40,004 nucleotides of DNA from Candidatus Methanomethylicia archaeon (GTDB lineage Archaea > Thermoproteota > Methanomethylicia > CALHIW01), in contig CALHIW010000075.1 in the NCBI GenBank assembly GCA_938030905.1, positions 1-40,004 of the forward strand, read 5' to 3'. A model generated the notes under the pieces. It searched no databases, was not told where the DNA came from, and worked only from the letters and a program-made list of their open reading frames with translations. Shown here piece by piece: positions 29,370-37,868 of this stretch. Every line of letters begins with the position of its first letter. Within the stretch, counting starts at the first letter, position 1. The position numbers and the translations under genes were made by a program.

Positions 29370-29488
29370 GAATAAATATTGAATACATTAAATATTTAAA
29401 CATTTACAGGAATATCTTAAACATTCTTAATCTAGCAATTAATGCAGTCCTCATATAGAATCATTAATAAGATTTTGGAAAAATTTAT

Positions 29489-31495
29489 ATGAGTGTTGAC
29501 TCAACTAATCTCGCTATGAATCTAACTTCCCCATCACCAACGTTAATGTATGCTTTAGCTATTGGGTCGTTGGTGATGTTTATTTATGGTTTCTACATTA
29601 GAGTTAAGGTTTACGGTATTACTGGATTTATTAATCAGTTTAAGTATTTTTCTAGAAATTATATTAAGTTTTTAAAGGATGTTCTTCTTCAAGGTAGAGT
29701 ATTAAATGATCCTTACATTGGTATTTCACATTTTCTAATTATGTATAACTTCCTAATACTTCTATTTGGAAAAGTTATTCTCGGCTTTCCCTTTCTATTT
29801 AATCTAAATCTTCCATTAGTGCTAATTTTTGGTAGCTTCTATTTTCAGTATTCAAGTTTAATTATGGACATCTCCGGTATTCTATTTATTGTAGGTGTTT
29901 GTCTAGCATTAATTAGAAGAATGGTGATTAGACCTTGGAAGCTTGAAACTGGAATGGAAGATTTTCTAGCTCTAGCAGCTTTACTATATCTAGGGCTATC
30001 AGGATTATTAACTGAAAGTTTTAAACTTAGATTTTCCCCATCATCTCCCACATGGTCTCCTATAGGCTCTATGATCTCACTACTTTTGACTGGTATACCA
30101 ATTAGTACTGCGGAAACTCTTCATATATTGTTTTGGTGGTCACACGTCCTTGTAGCATGCATTATTATAGCAGCTACTCCATACTCTAAGTTTTGGCATA
30201 TTTTAGCTGTACCAGGGAATATTGCTATTCAATCTGATAAGCCATTAGGCTCATTAGCAACTCCATTCCTACTATCTGAGTTGCTAAGCAATCCTGAGGT
30301 GATGGAGAAGGTTCGATTTGGAGTAGGTAGTGTTTGGGATCTTGATTGGCCTAGTAAGTTTATGATTGATTCCTGTACTAATTGTGGAAGATGTGATGAA
30401 GTTTGTCCTGCTGTAGCTTCAAAGAGAGCTTTAAAGCCTAGAGTGATAATTCAAAAACTTAAAAAACAACTCATAACTGGGCATATTGAAACGTTAACCG
30501 GCTCAATAATATCTGAAGATGAGATCTGGTCCTGTACAACATGTGGGAAATGCATGATCACATGTCCTGCATGGATAAGTCACGTAGACTTTATAGTTGA
30601 TCTTAGAAGATGGCTTATAGGAAATTCTAGACTTGATAAGAGGAAAAGCGATCTATTAAGTAATCTAGCTTATTCCTCAAATAGCTTAGGAATGCCGCAG
30701 TGGGATAGACAAGAATTAGCAGCTAAGTTAAATGTTAGAACTATTCATGAAAATTCTAACGTTGAATATTTACTTTGGATTGGATGTTTAGCCTCATATG
30801 ATAGTAGAGCTATTAAAATTTTGGAATCCCTCATAAAGATTCTTAAAAATGCTAATATAAGTTTTACAGTGCTTGGAGCTGAAGAGACATGCTGCGGTGA
30901 TCCTGCGAGGAGACTAGGGGAAGAAAGCAGATTTCAAGAAATAGCATTGAATAATATTGAACTATTTAAGAAGTATGATATCAAGAAAATACTAACTCTT
31001 TGTCCACATTGCTATAATACATTTAAAAATGAATATCAAAAACTTGGATTATTAAATACTGAGGTTTACCACTACTCTGAGCTTATTGAAAATCTTATAA
31101 GACGGGGGGCTGTCAGAATGAGCAAAACAGTAGCTACTGTGGTGGTACTTCATGATCCATGCTATTTATCACGATACAACAACATATACAATCAACCTAG
31201 AGCTATTTTAAAACAAGTTCCAGGATTAAAGGTTAAGGAGGCTGGGAATAGAGGGAAAAAGACATTTTGTTGTGGGGGTGGTGGTGCAAACTATTGGTAT
31301 GAAGTACCTGAAGAGAGAAGAATCAGCGTTATAAGACTTGAAGAGCTTACAGATCTAAATGTAGAAAGAGTGATTACTGAGTGTCCATTTTGCTTAGCAA
31401 TGCTTGAAGATGCTGCAAGAATTAAGGGTATTGATGAGAAAATATCTATATGTGATTTAACCGAAATTGTTTCTAAATCTTTAGATGGAGTGTGA
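29489..31495 (+). CDS. Fusion protein: NarI/DsrM/HdrE-like membrane domain + HdrD/DsrK-like Fe-S domain with two CCG motifs
   Basis: The N-terminal ~260 aa are multi-TM, with ..SHVLVACIIIAATPYSKFWHILAVPG... Then come CTNCGRCDEVCP and CTTCGKCMITCP, and two CCG-type units: GCLASYD..CCGDPARRLG..CPHC and DPCYLSR..FCCGGGGANYW..CPFC. Confidence 0.8.
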   Translation: MSVDSTNLAMNLTSPSPTLMYALAIGSLVMFIYGFYIRVKVYGITGFINQFKYFSRNYIKFLKDVLLQGRVLNDPYIGISHFLIMYNFLILLFGKVILGFPFLFNLNLPLVLIFGSFYFQYSSLIMDISGILFIVGVCLALIRRMVIRPWKLETGMEDFLALAALLYLGLSGLLTESFKLRFSPSSPTWSPIGSMISLLLTGIPISTAETLHILFWWSHVLVACIIIAATPYSKFWHILAVPGNIAIQSDKPLGSLATPFLLSELLSNPEVMEKVRFGVGSVWDLDWPSKFMIDSCTNCGRCDEVCPAVASKRALKPRVIIQKLKKQLITGHIETLTGSIISEDEIWSCTTCGKCMITCPAWISHVDFIVDLRRWLIGNSRLDKRKSDLLSNLAYSSNSLGMPQWDRQELAAKLNVRTIHENSNVEYLLWIGCLASYDSRAIKILESLIKILKNANISFTVLGAEETCCGDPARRLGEESRFQEIALNNIELFKKYDIKKILTLCPHCYNTFKNEYQKLGLLNTEVYHYSELIENLIRRGAVRMSKTVATVVVLHDPCYLSRYNNIYNQPRAILKQVPGLKVKEAGNRGKKTFCCGGGGANYWYEVPEERRISVIRLEELTDLNVERVITECPFCLAMLEDAARIKGIDEKISICDLTEIVSKSLDGV

Positions 31496-31528
31496 TTATG
31501 GTTACTAAATTATTATGGAGGTGGTTTT

Positions 31529-32047
31529 ATGAGTATTATTAAAGTACTTGCTGATTACCCACGTCTTATTATAGTTTTACTTCTAGGACTATGTATTATA
31601 CTAATACTAGCGTTAAGTATTCCACCATATGTTTCACCACAAGAACCCTACTGCTATGGATGTCATAGATACATATATTTAGGAAATCATAGTAAACTTG
31701 GCGATGAGCCAAAGGTATGCTCTTTCTGTCATATTGTTAGCTGGCCTATTGAACCAAATCATGGCGCACTACGTCTACTAAATGGTACAATAATTAAAGA
31801 TAAAACAATACAGTGTAGTCAATGTCATGCTAAAGAGCCTAATCTATGGAATGAAAGCGTTCACACTATAATTAATTACACATGGGAATCCTCATGGATA
31901 GTACGTCCATCACGGCTGGAAGATGTTACTCTTCAGCCACCATTAATTACTCCAAGTCCAGTTCCCTTAAAATATCAATATGTTATTCCATTATTGACAC
32001 TACTAGCTATTCTAGTAATTGTTTTAGCTAAACCTAGTTTAAGGTGA
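31529..32047 (+). CDS. Tri-haem c-type cytochrome, DsrJ/HmeE-like, with N-terminal signal anchor and C-terminal TM helix
   Basis: Three CXXCH motifs: CYGCH (31652-31666), CSFCH (31718-31732) and CSQCH (31814-31828). Hydrophobic N-terminus RLIIVLLLGLCIILILAL; C-terminus PSPVPLKYQYVIPLLTLLAILVIVLAKPSLR. GGAGGTGG lies 4 nt upstream of the ATG. Confidence 0.75.
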   Translation: MSIIKVLADYPRLIIVLLLGLCIILILALSIPPYVSPQEPYCYGCHRYIYLGNHSKLGDEPKVCSFCHIVSWPIEPNHGALRLLNGTIIKDKTIQCSQCHAKEPNLWNESVHTIINYTWESSWIVRPSRLEDVTLQPPLITPSPVPLKYQYVIPLLTLLAILVIVLAKPSLR

Positions 32048-32051
32048 TGTA

Positions 32052-32831
32052 ATGGGTAGTGTAAGTAGAAGAGATTTTCTAAAGATACTATGTATAGCCC
32101 CTATTCTTTTATTTACATCAAAAATCCTCACAGAATCCATTAAACTTAGTAGTGAAGTTAGTAGTACGGAATCTAACAACAATATTTTCCCTAAGTATGC
32201 CATGGTAATAGATCTATCTAAATGTACTGGATGTAGGATATGTATGTATGCATGCATTAAGGAGAACAATATAGGTAGAAATTCTGGGTTCAGCTATATT
32301 AAGGTCTATGCTTTACCCCGTGGTGTACTCGATATAGATATTGGTGATGAATGTTATAGCGAAACTGAAGAGGATAAATGGTATATACCTGTTCAGTGTA
32401 TGCAATGTGATGATCCACCATGTGTTAAAGTATGTCCTGTAGGTGCAACCTTTAAACTTGAAACCGGTGTTGTTTGGGTAGATCATAGGAGATGTATTGG
32501 ATGTAGATTATGCATGGCTGCCTGTCCATATAATGCCAGGCGTTTTAACTGGATCTGGCCTCAAGTACCTAAAGATGAACTGAATCCCAATGCTCTCCCA
32601 CCTAGACCTGCTGGAGTTGTAGAGAAATGTATTTTCTGCCCTCATCGAGTTACACGTGGATTAAAACCTAGATGTGTTATCGAATGTCCAACAGGTGCCA
32701 GATATTTTGGTGATTTAAACAATCCTGAAAGTGAGGTATCGAAGCTCATAAGGGAAAACGTATCCTTTAGGCTCAGAGAGGATCTTGGATATAAGCCCCG
32801 TATTTACTATATTAATAGGGGATATAAATGA
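32052..32831 (+). CDS. Tat-exported 4x[4Fe-4S] ferredoxin-like subunit (DsrO/HmeA/NrfC/PsrB type)
   Basis: Twin-arginine signal MGSVSRRDFLKIL... Cys clusters CTGCRICMYAC, CMQCDDPPCVKVCP, CIGCRLCMAACP and CIFCPHR..CVIECP. Confidence 0.85.
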   Translation: MGSVSRRDFLKILCIAPILLFTSKILTESIKLSSEVSSTESNNNIFPKYAMVIDLSKCTGCRICMYACIKENNIGRNSGFSYIKVYALPRGVLDIDIGDECYSETEEDKWYIPVQCMQCDDPPCVKVCPVGATFKLETGVVWVDHRRCIGCRLCMAACPYNARRFNWIWPQVPKDELNPNALPPRPAGVVEKCIFCPHRVTRGLKPRCVIECPTGARYFGDLNNPESEVSKLIRENVSFRLREDLGYKPRIYYINRGYK

Positions 32832-34321
32832 ATTATGACATGAATGAGCTTAATAAAGTATTAAAACCTCTTACATATACATCAAAGAAATTTTACATAT
32901 TCACCTCAGTATTAATGGTAACCATTACATGGTTTTTATATGCTTGGTATATTCAGTTAGAGTATGGACTTGGAGTTACAGGTATGAGAGATTATGTTAT
33001 TTATGGATTATATATAGCTAACTTCGTTTTTCTAATAGGCGTTAGCCATGCTGGTATAGCTATTTCTGCTGGTGTTAGATTATTAAGAGTTATAGTTCTT
33101 AAGCCTATTGTTAGAATGGCTGAACTACTAACAGCTGTTAGTCTAGTTATAGCTTTTATGAATGTACTTTTTGATTTAGGTAGGCCTGAAAGAGTTCTTA
33201 ATATGTTTGCTTATGGAAGATGGCTTTCAGTTTTAGTATGGGATATGACATCAATAACAACATATTTAGTAGCAACAATAATATATCTTTATATAACGAT
33301 GAGAGAGGATATAGCGCTATGTGCTAAGTATCTTCTAAAGAGATCATGGCTATATAAAATAGCCTCATTAAAATATAAGTATGATATATTATCTAGGAAA
33401 GCTCATGAGAAGGCTGCATGGTGGCTTGCTCTAGTAATACTTCCAATAATGGTAAGTGTTCATACTGTTGTATCCTGGGTTTTTGGCTTAATGGTTAGGC
33501 CTGGATGGTATAATCCGTTTTTTGGGCCGTATTTTGTAACTGGGGCTATTGCTTCAGGTGTTGCAACAATTATAATGGTTGCTGCTGTTTTTAGAAAGAT
33601 TTTTCAATGGGAATTCCTTATCACTCCCCAGATATTTAGAATTTTATCCAATTTTCTTAGAGTTGTTTTAGCGATCTACGTATACTTCATGATATGTGAG
33701 CAGGTTACAATAAGATATTTAGGTCCAGCACGTGAAAAGGAGATTTCAAATATTCTCTTTTTTGGAGACTATGCAACTTTATACTGGTTTGTAGTGATCA
33801 TAACATTAGTTATCCCATTTATTATGCTTTCAACTTATACATTTATACCTAAATTTTTCAGCATAAAACTTATTGTTTTAGCTGCTACTCTGATCAATAT
33901 TGGATTATGGATTAAGAGAATTATAATAGTTATTCCTGTACTTTTAAGACCAGAACTACCGTATCCACTAGGTATATATATCCCAACATGGGTTGAGTTC
34001 TCACTTATAATTGGAGGATATGCTATAGCAGCATTAATTTATACCATATTTGTTAAGCTATTTCCAATAGTTGAATTAGCCATTATAGGCCCTCATGAAG
34101 CCTCAGAAAATTCAGAACCACAACTAAGGGTTAAAAAGGATCTTCCAGTAGCTTTAGCAATCATTGGTGTTTTAGCATTAATCTCTGGAATGTTGGGAAT
34201 GTCCTATGTAAAGTATCCATATTCATACCCCGAAGTACCCTGGGCACCAGCAGCATGGCTTCTGGGAATAATAACTTTACTGTCAATTCCACTAGCATAT
34301 GTACTATTTTTTAAGGAGTAA
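32828..34321 (+). CDS. NrfD/PsrC/DsrP-family integral membrane quinone-interacting subunit
   Basis: 497 aa, hydrophobic throughout (>=10 predicted helices by eye). Its ATGA overlap with the preceding Fe-S subunit is the standard NrfC-NrfD pairing. Confidence 0.75.
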   Translation: MNYDMNELNKVLKPLTYTSKKFYIFTSVLMVTITWFLYAWYIQLEYGLGVTGMRDYVIYGLYIANFVFLIGVSHAGIAISAGVRLLRVIVLKPIVRMAELLTAVSLVIAFMNVLFDLGRPERVLNMFAYGRWLSVLVWDMTSITTYLVATIIYLYITMREDIALCAKYLLKRSWLYKIASLKYKYDILSRKAHEKAAWWLALVILPIMVSVHTVVSWVFGLMVRPGWYNPFFGPYFVTGAIASGVATIIMVAAVFRKIFQWEFLITPQIFRILSNFLRVVLAIYVYFMICEQVTIRYLGPAREKEISNILFFGDYATLYWFVVIITLVIPFIMLSTYTFIPKFFSIKLIVLAATLINIGLWIKRIIIVIPVLLRPELPYPLGIYIPTWVEFSLIIGGYAIAALIYTIFVKLFPIVELAIIGPHEASENSEPQLRVKKDLPVALAIIGVLALISGMLGMSYVKYPYSYPEVPWAPAAWLLGIITLLSIPLAYVLFFKE

Positions 34322-34417
34322 CTGAGTATTTTAATCTTAATTATCACAGAGTCTATCATTGAAATTAAGATGTAAGTATTTATAGATAATAAATTCTATG
34401 TAAATTTCCTAATTTCA

Positions 34418-34435
34418 TTTCAAATATATTTGAAA
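34418..34435. repeat. Perfect 18-bp palindrome TTTCAAATATATTTGAAA
   Basis: Self-complementary by direct inspection, with partial extension (CTAA..TTAG). It lies in the 656-bp ORF-free gap between the NrfD-like gene and the NarI-like gene. Confidence 0.6.
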
Positions 34436-34977
34436 TTAGCATGTGAAATCATGAATTCAGAATATGGAGAGGCAAAGTTGCACAGTTAATAACTAAAGAT
34501 TATTAAAGGGAAGATATTCTATGGTAGATATGCGAATTGTGGAGTCAAATAGTTAGTTATACATTTTATTCTCACAAATCTTTAATATAATGTATTTACC
34601 TCAATTAGGTTCTCAGCCCCAAATTACATCATGTTTTAAATCTACTACTCTATATAAAGCTCTTAATACTTAGCATCATCAGTTAATACAACACTTTGAA
34701 GCTCTAAGTAATCTTAGCTCTATCAAGAATTTAAACATATTTCACATCAACGAATCTATGTGTAAGACATATTTCCCAATAAGCACTCAAGCAACATAGT
34801 AACATATTCTATGCTCATAGCAGCATCATCAATCATAATAACCTTAATCCTCTTATCAAATTTGATAGCCTAAAATAAGCAATGATAATATAAATACGTA
34901 AACCCCTAACAATAGTAAAGTTAGCAAGATGAATATGAAGAAAGCAACTTTTATAAATTACTTCTAATTATGTAGTT

Positions 34978-35718
34978 ATGACTTCTCAATACTTGGAAAT
35001 AGTTACGTTTAAAATTCTTCCATTAATTACTTATGTAGTTTTTACATTGGGTGTAATTCTTAAACTATCTTCATGGATTAAGCGTACATATAGTGTTTCC
35101 GCTAGGAATAATGTACTACCAATTAAAAAGCTAACATTATCTATTATTCTACAAACTTTAATATCAACTATTTCAAGATATGTATTACAGTTTAAGCTAT
35201 TAAGGGGCTCACATAAGCTTTGGGTAGTATCCTGGATAACTTTTCATATACCTGTACTTTTTATAATATTCGGGCATCTCCGCGGCTTTGGAGTGTGGTC
35301 CTTAGAATGGTTTACATGGATAGCACCTAAAGAATTTCTCAAATACACTCTTCCGATGATACTTGGAGTTGTAGTCATGGTAGCATTAATAACCCTAGTA
35401 ATGTATAGGCTGATTTACTTAAGATCAGTTTCAAACATAAGTAATTATATTGTTCTTTTCCTATTAATTTTAGTGGTTGGAAGTGGGAATTTAATGAGGT
35501 TTTCCCTATTTACTATTGAGGAAAAAGTGATTGTAATACCTCCAGGATTTACATTAAGATTAGAACATACACCTAATATTAACCTACTAATACTTCATTC
35601 AATACTTGTACAGATTCTAGTAATGTATGTTCCATTTAGTCCACTATTACATATATATGTATCACCATTTTTAATGATAGTAAATGAAGTAAAAAGAATT
35701 AGAATAAGTGAAAGCTAA
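34978..35718 (+). CDS. NarI/DsrM/HdrE-type di-haem cytochrome b (stand-alone)
   Basis: 246 aa, ~5 TM. His90/His100 (FHIPVLFIIFGH, spacing 10) and a His pair spaced 18 (LILHSILVQILVMYVPFSPLLH) reproduce the H56/H66 and H187/H205 spacing of E. coli NarI. C-terminal PFS.L.H motif. Confidence 0.7.
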   Translation: MTSQYLEIVTFKILPLITYVVFTLGVILKLSSWIKRTYSVSARNNVLPIKKLTLSIILQTLISTISRYVLQFKLLRGSHKLWVVSWITFHIPVLFIIFGHLRGFGVWSLEWFTWIAPKEFLKYTLPMILGVVVMVALITLVMYRLIYLRSVSNISNYIVLFLLILVVGSGNLMRFSLFTIEEKVIVIPPGFTLRLEHTPNINLLILHSILVQILVMYVPFSPLLHIYVSPFLMIVNEVKRIRISES

Positions 35719-35719
35719 T

Positions 35720-36563
35720 ACTTATGGTATTGTCTTATAAATCTATTATGCTAATATGATTTATCAGTTGATCTAATATCAAATTAAGCATTGTTTCTTG
35801 AGCTTTGAAATTATGAACATATATTTTAAGAAGCCTCTCAACAACCAGTTTTGAGGCCATATACTTCTGAGTCTGCATCTAAACTGTTCTTCACAGCTCC
35901 ATGACTCTCTCGACTCTATTCCTGTACCCATAAGTTCTCCATGGAGTCCACGGTTACATATCTCTAATCCTGAGGAACTGATTACTAGGCTTCACCCCAG
36001 CTTGAGTATTGAATTAGCTCTTCCTTAAACACCCTTCTATGTTCTTGGGAATATCATGTTTACAGGATTAGCCTGAGCTCATAAATCTTGGAACATCTCC
36101 TGAACATGGATTGTCATAGCATTCCCTAGTGTTATCTTACTACCAGAACGATATTGAAAGGCAATAGCACGATCCTGTAGAGCTTAACTTAGACTTCTTC
36201 AATCTCAGTCTTATAGAATACGCTCAGATAGGTCAATCACGTAACCCCCTGAGAATCATAGAGAATTAGCACTCTGCAACTATTTAACTAGATGAGACAC
36301 ATACCCTCATCCATTCAACTCATAGCTCTAAATCTATTGTAGTTAGCAATATGCTTAGATGAAGGGACAACATTCAGACCACTTATGTCGAAGTAGATTC
36401 CTCAAGACATAAAGAATCACCATCTCCTGGCTTGATGCTTGTGGAAGCATCTTCTTGTCCAGTTAAAGTCCTTGGAAAGACATATCACAGCCTCAATAGC
36501 CTCCAGAGCCTTCACCTCTAAACCCAAGATAAATCCTCCAATTACAACGTCTAGCTTTCTCAT
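35720..36563 (-). pseudogene. Decayed element, possibly the C-terminal half of an IS200/IS605-type tnpB plus its 3' flank
   Basis: No ORF >=60 aa. Minus-strand reading from ATG 36563 gives MRKLDVVIGGFILGLEVKAL.. (RuvC-I-like?), ..VLILYDSQGVT.. (RuvC-II-like?), and ..RCSKIYEL.. / ..SCKHDIPKNIEG.. (Zn-finger/RuvC-III-like?). The repeat core follows at 35985-35996 and 35936-35948. Confidence 0.3.
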
Positions 36564-36621
36564 AGAGTAAGTTTAGGTGCAACAACTAGAAAGGTTATAG
36601 GTAACCCAATATTTATCTCCT

Positions 36622-37125
36622 TTATGCCAACATGATGTTGTCAATAATTATAAATCCCTGCTCTTCATAACATATATCTCTAGCTACTCTCACCAATTCT
36701 TTCATTAACTCTTCAATTGAACTTTTATTCTTCAACTTATATAGATGTGTGTAGTTATTTCTCCTATCAGTGCATCCAAACCCCTTTATTACTCCTTTAA
36801 AGAAATTATTACTAAGTAGCTTATTAGCTACTATAGATTCAAGTAAATCCTTAGATTTGAGGTAAAATACAGCTTTAATTCTAACCTTGGGATTTACTGT
36901 TAAATAATCTATATGCCACTTTATCCTCTTATTTAATTTTAAATGTCTATAAATTCTAGCTTTCAAGCCACCAGGTCCTCTAGCACTACCTATATATACG
37001 TATACCCCTCTCTCTAATTTACGTTTTCCAAGACATCCTATTTTAATATTAATATCATTAACTACCTCTATAACTAATATGTATGTCCCCTTTGATTCCG
37101 GTATATTTGCCTTCCATTTCTTCAT
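36622..37125 (-). CDS. DUF123 protein (GIY-YIG/Uri-like nuclease fold)
   Basis: ..GTYILVIEV..GVYVYIGSARGPGGLKARIYRHLKLNKRIKWHIDYL.. is the hallmark core of archaeal DUF123. Confidence 0.7.
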   Translation of the reverse strand: MKKWKANIPESKGTYILVIEVVNDINIKIGCLGKRKLERGVYVYIGSARGPGGLKARIYRHLKLNKRIKWHIDYLTVNPKVRIKAVFYLKSKDLLESIVANKLLSNNFFKGVIKGFGCTDRRNNYTHLYKLKNKSSIEELMKELVRVARDICYEEQGFIIIDNIMLA

Positions 37126-37868
37126 AATCAGTATATTTTAAATTAAAATATTATATAGTTGTTACTACAGTATCTATAACCTTGATTATAAATATTCTTT
37201 TAACGATTGAAAACTTGCTAACTATCTACAAGCTCCATTATCTAATTCTTAATCTTACAATGCTTTACTCTTATCTAGCTATAATCAACAATAAGAAACA
37301 GTCATTAGCATTTCTTACTGTATTAAGGATAAATATTCAGAACTCAGATGATCATAAACATCCTTTCTAAGAATGAAGAAACATCCTAAGTAAATGTTAA
37401 TATGATTACATTATGGTATGATAACAACTCTATATATACTAAGCATATTAACTTTAATCATGCCTAGTTTGATACAATTATATAAACTCTAAGATGAGAA
37501 TTTCGGTAGAGTCAAGATGAATACCATTTTCGGCCAAGCTTATGAAGCATTAATCATCGCTGAGGAAAATTAAAGTTCTGAAGTATTGTAAGTCCAAGTT
37601 TATTGTGGATAAGATTCCTGGCTTAAGGAAGCCTTAATAGAGTTTAACCATTAACATCAAACCTTAGACTAAGAAGCATATAAATCATTCTTCCTATTCC
37701 TAAACAGAGAACAAACACATTCAACAAGATAATCACCAACATAAAGCATTAAAAATACATATGTTTAAACAAATACTATAAAGCTCCTAATGAGCTAAAG
37801 AGTAATAATATACTGGACAATAATAATAGCCATGCTTTAGCGGACTTAGCTTCCCTAAATATGTATAA

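Noticed and set aside
24307-32269. Minor antisense ORFs 24307..24558, 27442..27642, 28030..28248, 29845..30051, 32039..32269, and 5539..5778 in PPAT
   Set aside because: Each lies opposite a well-supported gene and has no independent support.
37182-37370. 62-aa ORF (MIINILLTIENLLTIYKLHYLILNL...)
   Set aside because: Low-complexity Ile/Leu/Asn-rich translation of AT-rich spacer, with no start context or motif.
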